From Thermoproteota archaeon (lineage in GTDB: Archaea > Asgardarchaeota > Jordiarchaeia > Jordiarchaeales > Freyrarchaeaceae), in assembly GCA_029258835.1 (NCBI GenBank), contig JAPDJY010000031.1, positions 40-64,039 of the forward strand: DNA of 64,000 nucleotides. The letters are read 5' to 3'. Numbering within the stretch: position 1 is the first letter of the stretch; each line of letters starts with the position of its first letter. Below the pieces are notes generated by a model. The model worked only from the letters and a program-made list of their open reading frames with translations. It was not told the origin of the DNA and did no database searches. Shown in pieces: positions 44,772 to 51,889 of the stretch. A program made the position numbers and the translations under genes.

Positions 44772-44801
44772 TTTTAAGGTTAAAAGCGAGGATGAGAAAA
44801 G

Positions 44802-45386
44802 ATGAAAAGGACGATTGAAAATCTTGCTAAGGCGTTTATAGGTGAGAGCCAGGCGAGAAACCGCTACACGTTCTACGCTAAGATTGCTAAGAATGAGGGA
44901 TACGAGCAAATAGCCGAAATATTCCTCATAACAGCCGAGAACGAGAAGGAACATGCAAGCTGGCTGTTTAAGCTAATTAACGAGTTAAAAGAGAAAAGCG
45001 GGGAGAAGATAGACGAGGTTAAGGTGGAAGCGGTAGCCCCCTTAACTCTCGGCAGCACCGCCGAGAACTTAAGAGCGGCTATTGCCGGGGAAAACTACGA
45101 GCACACGACAATGTACCCTGAATTTGCCAATGTAGCGGAGGAAGAGGGCTTCCCTGAAATTGCTGGGAGATTGAGGGCGATAGCTAAAGCCGAAGAACAC
45201 CATGAGGAGAGATTCAAGAAGTTACTGAAAGAAGTTGAAGCAGGTACGGTATTTAAGAAGGATAAGGAAGTGTGGTGGGTGTGCAGGGAGTGCGGCTACG
45301 TCTACTATGGAAAAGAGCCGCCAGAAGTGTGTCCATCCTGCGGTCACCCAAGAAGCTATTACCAAGTTAAATGCGAAGAATATTAG
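44802..45386 (+). CDS. rbr: Rubrerythrin
   Basis: Di-iron ferritin-like motifs ('ENEKEHASW', '[10 protein letters not shown]'). C-terminal rubredoxin '[10 protein letters not shown]...CPSCGHP'. Confidence 0.9.
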   Translation: MKRTIENLAKAFIGESQARNRYTFYAKIAKNEGYEQIAEIFLITAENEKEHASWLFKLINELKEKSGEKIDEVKVEAVAPLTLGSTAENLRAAIAGENYEHTTMYPEFANVAEEEGFPEIAGRLRAIAKAEEHHEERFKKLLKEVEAGTVFKKDKEVWWVCRECGYVYYGKEPPEVCPSCGHPRSYYQVKCEEY

Positions 45387-45406
45387 GGTGAAGCCGGTTA
45401 CCACCA

Positions 45407-45467
45407 TCTCTTTCTTCTCTTTCTTCCCTTTCTTCTCTTTCTTCCCTTTCTTCCCTTTTTCTTTTTT
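45407..45467 (+). repeat. 61-nt pure homopyrimidine tract containing 5 x 9-bp TTTCTTCYC units, ending in T-runs
   Basis: Read directly: TTTCTTCTC TTTCTTCCC TTTCTTCTC TTTCTTCCC TTTCTTCCC TTTTTCTTTTTT. It starts 21 nt after the rbr stop. Confidence 0.85.
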
Positions 45468-45643
45468 AAAGGGTTAATGGTGTGAGGGTAGATTGGCCTA
45501 TGACGCCGAGGAAGGTTGTTAGAGTAGATAACTCTGTGGATTGTGTAATTGCTAAGAGAGTTAACAGGTTTGTTGTTGAGGTTGTTATAGGAGGAAGGAG
45601 GAGGACGAATGTGAGCAACACTAGACGCCTTGTGTAGCTGTTG

Positions 45644-47040
45644 TGTTTTAGATAAGTTTATATACTTGTTTGCCTATTTTGGTGTTTGTGGTGTGTATGG
45701 ATAGAAGGGAGGGAATGCTGAGGAGCGGCGAGGTAGCCAAGATTCTTGGGGTTGATAGGCATACCGTTGTCAAGTGGGTCAAGGAGGGAGGGATCAGGGC
45801 GGTAAGGCCTCTAGGCGGGAGGTACAGGATCCCGGAGAGCGAGGTGAGGAGGATACTTGAAGGAGGAAGCAACTGCGACCAAAGCATATAAAGTTCCTGT
45901 AGAAGCGCCGGGAGACCTGATGGAAGCATATTTTGAGGCGAAGAGGAAGGCGCTGGAAGAGGTTCTGAGCTACGTCACCCACTCCCGAACCGGCAAGGCC
46001 CACCTAAAACTCAAAGCCGGGGACAGGAGAAAGCTGAGGAACAACCTCCTAAAGGACTGGAAGTACTCCAGGCACTACGTCGACTCAGCGATAAACTCGG
46101 TTATAGGGCTGGTTAAGGGGTGGATAAAGCTGTACAACAGGGGGAAAGCAAGGTCTAAGCCTAGAGTAACGGGGAAAACGGTCTACGTAAAATCAACACT
46201 ATTCACGTATAGGGATGGCAAACTAAAAATCAGCATCGAACCGGGTAAACGACACCTGGAAGTAAACCTAGCAAGGTATGATTACCTGCCAAAGAACTTC
46301 GACACTATCGGCGGGCTGCTGCTGAGGGAGGACGGGCTCATAATCACCTTCAAGAAGAAAGTGGTAGGCGTCGAGCCCAGAGATTGGGCCTCGTTCGACA
46401 TAAACCTGACCAACGTGACTGCCCTGATCAGCGGGAGGGTGGTCAGGTACGACCTCAGGCAGCTGTACCACGTCCACAGGGCCTACGAGGAGAAGAGGAG
46501 AAGAATACAAAAGCTTTCTAAACGTAAGCCTAAGGTGGCTGAAAGGCTGATGCGGAAATACTCTAGGAGGGAAAAAGATAGGGCTAGGGATTTCATGCAT
46601 AAGCTAACAGCCAGGATAGCCGGGGAGTTAGGTGGGGTGGAGAGTGGAGCAATACTTGAGGACCTAAGGAATATCAAGAGTAAAGTTCTCCGTAGATCTA
46701 GAAACCTCAACCGTAGGCTTTCGAAGTGGAACGCAAGAACATTCCAGTTCATGCTCGAGTACAAGCTGAGGTGGCTTGGGCTACCTGTAAAGTACGTTAA
46801 CCCGTCCTATTCTTCCAGGACCTGTCCTCTCTGCTCTGGCCGCATGGCGGCCTATGAGGGCAGGCTGATGCGATGCAAAAAATGCTGTTTAATCCTTGAT
46901 AGGGATGTTGTTGCTGTCCTGAACCTTCGGATGTGGGGCTCCGGGGTTACCCCGAAAGTCCCATCAGAGGCGTACGCCTCGATGACGGGGAAACGCCTGA
47001 CAGACCAAAACCATTTACCCATAAAAACCTATCAAGCGTG
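45644..47040 (+). mobile_element. IS607/IS605-lineage element remnant: HTH-only ORF + TnpB
   Basis: Boundaries are inferred from where SfsA-like reading stops (…LL) and resumes (NPFQSTYLRE…). The right boundary coincides with the tnpB stop codon. Confidence 0.55.
45697..45891 (+). CDS. MerR/excisionase-type HTH protein (N-terminal remnant of an IS607-type serine recombinase TnpA)
   Basis: 'LRSGEVAKILGVDRHTVVKWVKEGGIRAVRPLGGRYRIPESEV'. No serine-recombinase catalytic domain follows. Confidence 0.6.
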   Translation: MDRREGMLRSGEVAKILGVDRHTVVKWVKEGGIRAVRPLGGRYRIPESEVRRILEGGSNCDQSI

Positions 47041-47041
47041 A
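45857..47041 (+). CDS. tnpB: TnpB (OrfB_IS605) RuvC-like RNA-guided nuclease family protein
   Basis: RuvC triad candidates 'WASFDIN', 'GAILEDL' and 'LILDRDVVAVLN'. Zn ribbon 'CPLCSGRM...CKKCC'. TTG start follows 'gaggtgaggagg'. Confidence 0.85.
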   Translation: MKEEATATKAYKVPVEAPGDLMEAYFEAKRKALEEVLSYVTHSRTGKAHLKLKAGDRRKLRNNLLKDWKYSRHYVDSAINSVIGLVKGWIKLYNRGKARSKPRVTGKTVYVKSTLFTYRDGKLKISIEPGKRHLEVNLARYDYLPKNFDTIGGLLLREDGLIITFKKKVVGVEPRDWASFDINLTNVTALISGRVVRYDLRQLYHVHRAYEEKRRRIQKLSKRKPKVAERLMRKYSRREKDRARDFMHKLTARIAGELGGVESGAILEDLRNIKSKVLRRSRNLNRRLSKWNARTFQFMLEYKLRWLGLPVKYVNPSYSSRTCPLCSGRMAAYEGRLMRCKKCCLILDRDVVAVLNLRMWGSGVTPKVPSEAYASMTGKRLTDQNHLPIKTYQA

Positions 47042-47630
47042 ACCCCTTTCAGAGTACCTATTTAAGGGAAGGAGAGGGTTTGCAAGCCTAAGAAAACTGG
47101 GAAAACCTGCTACGTGCTTTTTGCGGTGGATGATGAAGGGCTTGGAGCCATCATCGACATCCAGCTTCAAATGAGGATTTTTGAAAGATGCTTGGAGGCA
47201 GAGGGCATCCTGTGGCTTAAAGGTTGCAGGGGTTCAAAAGAAACGTTAAGGTAGGCAGGTCTATCATAGACTATTGCTTGAAGTGTGTCAGGGAAGAGGT
47301 GCTCTTGGAGGTGAAAAGCGCCGTCATGAAAGTGGGCGAATATGCTATGTACCCTGACTACCCATCGCCCAGAGGAAGAAGGCATTTAGAGGACATCAAA
47401 GTGGAGAAAGGCGGGAGAGGGGGAATAGTGTTTATTACAACTTTGCCCGGAGTGACGTTCTTCACGCCTAACAGGTTTGCAGACCCAGAGATGTACAGGT
47501 TGCTGGTTAAGGCTGAAAGGGCAGGAGTGAACATTAAGGCAGTCAGCATGCATTATGACCCGTCACCTTCTTTCATTTACTTGGATGATCCTGAATTAGA
47601 TGTCGTCTTTAACCGTAGAGGTGGACTTTA

Positions 47631-47963
47631 ATGAGGGGGAAAACGAGGCTGCTGGGAAAGGTGAAGAAGGCCATTGAAGAGTACAACAGGTACAGGTCTC
47701 CTGAAGCCGTGGCAAAGTTGAAGTTGCTACGTGCGGACAGCCTTTTAGTAGAGTTTACAGGGTCATTTTGCTACACGTGTGGAGTCTATGACTATCTTGA
47801 CGACCTGAGAGTTATGTTTGAAGAAGAGGGGATGAAGGCTGAGATGTTGGAGGTGGAGAGCGAGGGCGACATATTTATTGTTAAATTTAGATTGATTAGG
47901 TTGGAAACGAAGGAGTCATCTGAGAGTTTTGGAAGAGTTTTAAAGGGGGAAACGGCGAATTAG
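47631..47963 (+). CDS. Hypothetical protein, start overlaps the sfsA stop (TAATG)
   Basis: 110 aa with protein-like composition and a 'FCYTCGVYDY' motif. No family recognised. Confidence 0.5.
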   Translation: MRGKTRLLGKVKKAIEEYNRYRSPEAVAKLKLLRADSLLVEFTGSFCYTCGVYDYLDDLRVMFEEEGMKAEMLEVESEGDIFIVKFRLIRLETKESSESFGRVLKGETAN

Positions 47964-48102
47964 TCGTGTGGACGACTTGGATGGAAGTTGATGAATATTT
48001 AATAGGTAAATTTTCTTAAAAAGTAATTATCATGTATCATTAAATATATATTGTATTGGTTTGAATATGGTTATGGTGAGAAATTATTGAGAGGCGTCCA
48101 CC

Positions 48103-48891
48103 TTGAGGATATACATCATATATAGTGATGAGTTTGGAGAGAAGGTTGCTGGCAACCTGATAAACTTCTCCACGTTCTGTACTTCTTGCGGAGACCTGTG
48201 CGAGCACTGCAGGCAGGATTATGGCTCCTTCGCCGAGGACATTTACGGATTGTATAAGGCTCCCGCCGACCTACCCTCCTTCGTCGAAAACCCAGAGGAA
48301 TACCTCCCTAGGGATCCTCCTAAATGCGACCTGATAATAGCCGTAGGATTACACCAGGACATTCTTGCTAGCATCTCCATCCTTGCTGAGAGAACTAGGG
48401 CGAAGGGTGTAATAGTTCCCATAGAAGACGGGAACTGGTGTCCGGTTGGCCTCCAGAAGCAAGTGGAGAGGAGCTTAGACGAGATAGGGGTCGCCCACGC
48501 CTTCCCACGACCCTTCTGCACCCTAGAGGAAAGGGGGACAAACGACGTAATAGACCAGTTCATTAGGAGGTATAGGGTTGGTAGGCCGGTGGTGGAGGTT
48601 GAGGTTAAGGGAGACCTAATAGTGAAGGGTAAGGTTTTGAGGACTGCACCGTGTGGAAGTACGTTTTACATTATGCAGCAGATAAAGCTGACTAGGATTT
48701 ACAGGTTGAATGATAGGATAGCCGAGGCGCACCACTCCTATCCCTGCACAGCGTCCATGCAGTATGATAAGGTGATAGGGGACACCTACCTCCACGTAGG
48801 AGGCTACGCTATAAGACGAGCGGTGAAGGAGGCTATAGACAGGGCGCTACTACGCCAGTTAAAGGAGAAAGAGATTGTGGCGACCCTTTGA
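48103..48891 (+). CDS. Cys-rich conserved archaeal protein (possibly DUF166/COG1810-like)
   Basis: 'CTSCGDLCEHC' cluster, 'NWCP', 'PFCTLEE' and 'TAPCGSTFY'. The family name comes from memory only. Confidence 0.45.
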   Translation: MRIYIIYSDEFGEKVAGNLINFSTFCTSCGDLCEHCRQDYGSFAEDIYGLYKAPADLPSFVENPEEYLPRDPPKCDLIIAVGLHQDILASISILAERTRAKGVIVPIEDGNWCPVGLQKQVERSLDEIGVAHAFPRPFCTLEERGTNDVIDQFIRRYRVGRPVVEVEVKGDLIVKGKVLRTAPCGSTFYIMQQIKLTRIYRLNDRIAEAHHSYPCTASMQYDKVIGDTYLHVGGYAIRRAVKEAIDRALLRQLKEKEIVATL

Positions 48892-49226
48892 AGCGAGAAG
48901 GGAGAACTTAAGAGAATTTTGGGGAAGAAAATTACCGTTGGTGTGCCGTGAAGGAGGAAAAGAGAGGCCTATAAAATAAGAAAATAGAGGTTCGTGGGAA
49001 GAGAGGGTTATCACATCTCGCACTTTAAACCTTTTTTCCAAACTCTTCCTTTTACCGGCTTCAAGTAGTTTTCTGACTTTGGCCTCTGGCCAACTTTAAG
49101 TTAGAAATGCATTTAAGAATCATTAAACAGTTTGAGAGGGGACGGGTATTCAGGAGATGCTGCTTAACAATCAATGAATTTTATAAGAGGGGTTCCTCCC
49201 ATGTAAAGGTTAGAGGAGGTTTTTCA

Positions 49227-49630
49227 TTGAGTGATTATGCGGTGATGCTGAAGAGGAGGGTGGATGCATTCCTTAAGGATGCACGAGTGGGCTTTGAGAG
49301 GGAGACTACGATTTAGTGTTATTTCATGTTGAGCAGTTCCTTTAATTACGTCTTAAAAGGACTTCTGTACATGAAGATAGGTGACTACCCGAAGACGCAT
49401 TCGATAGTTCGCCTCATGAACGATTTGATGAGGACGTATGAGGATGAAGTGAGGATGAACGCTTAAAGAAGTTTTATCATGAAAACCTGGAGAAGCTATA
49501 CTCCTTAAAGATGCATAATATAACCTCAAGGTATATGCTTAGGGAGTATGGTGGGGAAGTAGCTGAGAGAGTGGTAAGGTTTGCGGAGGACGCTTTAGAG
49601 GTGCTGGAATGGATGGAAAAACGTTCGTAG
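49227..49630 (+). pseudogene. HEPN-domain gene with an in-frame TAG and an 11-nt tandem duplication
   Basis: 'VLKGLLYMKIGDYPKTHSIVRLMNDL' and '...ITSRYMLREYGGEVAERVVRFAEDALEVLEW'. TAG lies at 49314-16. 'gaggatgaa gt gaggatgaa' at 49440-49459 shifts the frame. Confidence 0.55.
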
Positions 49631-49951
49631 AATTAATGCTTGAAACCTTAAGGGGGTGGAGGAAGTATTATGATGGAATGTACGGTTACGTGGAGGAGAT
49701 GAGGGACGTTGTGGAAGGGTGATTCACAGGAAGGTATGCTGTTTGGAAGCGCTGTTAAGGGAGGTATGAGACCTGATAGCGACGGAGGCGTTCTAATAGT
49801 TACGGTGCTGGCTGGAAAGGTGGGGGGGAGAGTAAGGTTAAGGATGGAAGTAGCCGAGAAGTTGGGGTACATGCCGTTCGAGATACACGTGGTCACGGTC
49901 GAGTACGAGAGGTGGTGTAAAAGGTTCATAGACAAATACATGGAAGTTTAA
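49609..49951 (+). pseudogene. Minimal nucleotidyltransferase (MNT) gene with a frameshift at a GGG run
   Basis: 'GMLFGSAVKGGMRPDSDGGVLIV' is the NTase motif region. The N-terminal 35 codons are in another frame, which stops at 49720-22. Confidence 0.5.
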
Positions 49952-49962
49952 TGGGGGTCTCT

Positions 49963-51795
49963 TTATAGATTCTCCATGAACCTATCTAACTGCTCCTCCG
50001 TGTCCTCTGACTTTAGGAATATTGGGACGTTGGTCATTCCTGTTGCGATGTAGCTTGAGAGAAGCCACTCTCCTGACGTGAACTCCAAGGTTCTCTCAAG
50101 GATCTCCCTATCGACCATGAATGTGTTGCTTATGAGGCCGCGATCGTATGGCCTAGGTAGGGTTCCCACGAAGTACGTGTGAAGCTGCTGCAGGGCTGAA
50201 GTGTTGAGGTGGGCTATGCGCTGGGTTGCTAAGCACCCCCCTAACCCGTACTTTCTCCCTTGCCTTAGGAGCCTTTCAACCTCTTCCGAGCATGCCTTCT
50301 CCACTCCGGACGCTTTCCCTGGGGCGGGGGCGAACTCTTGAGCCTCATCCCAGACGAAGAGTATGTAGGGTTTCACGCTGAACTCCCTTTTCCTTCTTGA
50401 AAGTGTAGCCCTGATCATTGTTATGGTTAACTGCTTGATTGTTTCAGGGTCGCTTACTGAGAGGCATATTAGCCTTGTATCGGACTCAAGCAGCTCCTTG
50501 ACGAGGGCTTTCGGGCTGTATCCTCCGGCGAGCTCTTCCTCCCCCATCCTCTTCTTAATCCTCGTGTAGATCGTTTTCAGGGATGATATCCAGCCATAGA
50601 GGCTGCTTCTCTCGTAGATTCCATACGTTTCCTTAAAGTATTCGACGTGCCCGTTAAGCTTGTCCACGTATTCATCGTCTATTTCGTCTTCTTCCGTGTA
50701 TCCTTTAGCTGTCATGTAGCTATCGGTGAACATCCTTATTTCCTTGATCGCGTTAACATAGTTTGGCTTATCGGTGTTTGACTTCTCCAGTCCCTCCAAA
50801 GTTTGAATCATGTCAGAGAATGTTATTGCTTCGATGCTTCTCCTGACAAGGTGGGTCACCCTGCCTAGGGACATTATTCTTCTCAGCCCCTTCAGAACCT
50901 TCGGATTATGCTCGTACTTTTTGGGTTTAACTATGGACATGTTGAACTCTTCAGGGGTGCTAACCTTCCGCTCCAAGACGACTAGGGATGGTATGTTCCG
51001 GTCAGCAAGCACGTCCATGAGGAGGAAGGGGTACTCGCACGAAATATCGAATACCATGACTTTCGTGTCCTGCGTGTAGTTCATTATCTTCCTTATGATC
51101 GTCGCGAGGAGGTTGCTCTTTCCGCCGCCAGTGAAGGCGAATATTCCGAAGTGGTATCTTACGAGGGAATCGTAATCAACGTATATTGGGATGTCTCTCC
51201 CTGTGAACTCGAACATTTTCAGGGTTCCAACCTGACCCCCCTTCCTACCTTGAAACTTCTCTTCAATGTTTCGGTTGTACATGTTCTTGATCATTTCCTC
51301 GTTGAGCACGTAGACGCGCTCGCCTAGAATGGGATAGGAGAAACACCTGACATATTCGGCTGATTCGCCCATCACGACCAAGTCGTAGTTTATCGGTATG
51401 GCCGTTATGTGTATTGCCATGGTCGACTTGTCGCTTGTCTCCCAGTCCTGAACGGTCTGCTCGATTACCTCGAACTGCATGGGGAAGTACTGGTGTTCCC
51501 TCACGCCCATGAGGCCGAAGTGTTGAGGCCAGAAGCGGGAGAGCTCCATGAGGGTGTACCTCTCCTCGCCTTGAGGGCTACTTCTAAAATTTTTGACCGC
51601 CAAGAGCATTCCAACATCTAGAAGGCGGAGGAGTTCTCTTTCGTACTCAACAAGGATCGTGCAGGTGTACGGGGCTGACGTGCCCAGTCTTTCATCCGAG
51701 ACGGACCTGACGGGTTCAACCCTACTCAGCCTAGCTCTGAAGGAGCCACCAAAATCCGTGAAGAAAAGCCTAGCCTGATCGTCCAGCTCGCTCAA
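49963..51795 (-). CDS. HerA-like (DUF87) FtsK/HerA-superfamily ATPase
   Basis: Walker A 'FAFTGGGKSNLL', Walker B 'ILFVWDEAQEF' and 'RKYGLGGCLATQR'. The N-terminal region looks barrel-like. Confidence 0.8.
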   Translation of the reverse strand: MSELDDQARLFFTDFGGSFRARLSRVEPVRSVSDERLGTSAPYTCTILVEYERELLRLLDVGMLLAVKNFRSSPQGEERYTLMELSRFWPQHFGLMGVREHQYFPMQFEVIEQTVQDWETSDKSTMAIHITAIPINYDLVVMGESAEYVRCFSYPILGERVYVLNEEMIKNMYNRNIEEKFQGRKGGQVGTLKMFEFTGRDIPIYVDYDSLVRYHFGIFAFTGGGKSNLLATIIRKIMNYTQDTKVMVFDISCEYPFLLMDVLADRNIPSLVVLERKVSTPEEFNMSIVKPKKYEHNPKVLKGLRRIMSLGRVTHLVRRSIEAITFSDMIQTLEGLEKSNTDKPNYVNAIKEIRMFTDSYMTAKGYTEEDEIDDEYVDKLNGHVEYFKETYGIYERSSLYGWISSLKTIYTRIKKRMGEEELAGGYSPKALVKELLESDTRLICLSVSDPETIKQLTITMIRATLSRRKREFSVKPYILFVWDEAQEFAPAPGKASGVEKACSEEVERLLRQGRKYGLGGCLATQRIAHLNTSALQQLHTYFVGTLPRPYDRGLISNTFMVDREILERTLEFTSGEWLLSSYIATGMTNVPIFLKSEDTEEQLDRFMENL

Positions 51796-51889
51796 TTACA
51801 TCCCCCTCTCAACCTTAACCAGTAACGATTGAAAGATAAATGTTTAACCGAGAGCAGGCTATTGGGTGGTGATGAGGGAACGCGGCAAT

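Larger units (their letters stand above)
45500..47631 (+). pseudogene. sfsA: sfsA (sugar fermentation stimulation protein A homologue), interrupted by an insertion element and further lesions
   Basis: The N-terminal piece reads 'VIAKRVNRFVVEVVIGG..VSNTRRLV*LL' (45500-45643). The gene resumes at 47041 as 'NPFQSTYLREGEG'. It continues 'KPKKTGKTCYVLFAVDDEGLGAIID..' and 'VKVGRSIIDYCL...LLEVKSAV...YPDYPSPRGRRHL' through two frame changes. Confidence 0.65.

Noticed and set aside
45407-45467. Short periodic repeats as a CRISPR array. This covers the 9-bp units here, the 15-bp pair at 59628-59657 and the 14/15-bp pair TTGAAAAA(A)TCCTCC at 35393-35421.
   Set aside because: The units are far too short and directly adjacent without spacers, there are only 2-5 copies, and no cas genes are present. 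I saw no CRISPR array anywhere in the window.
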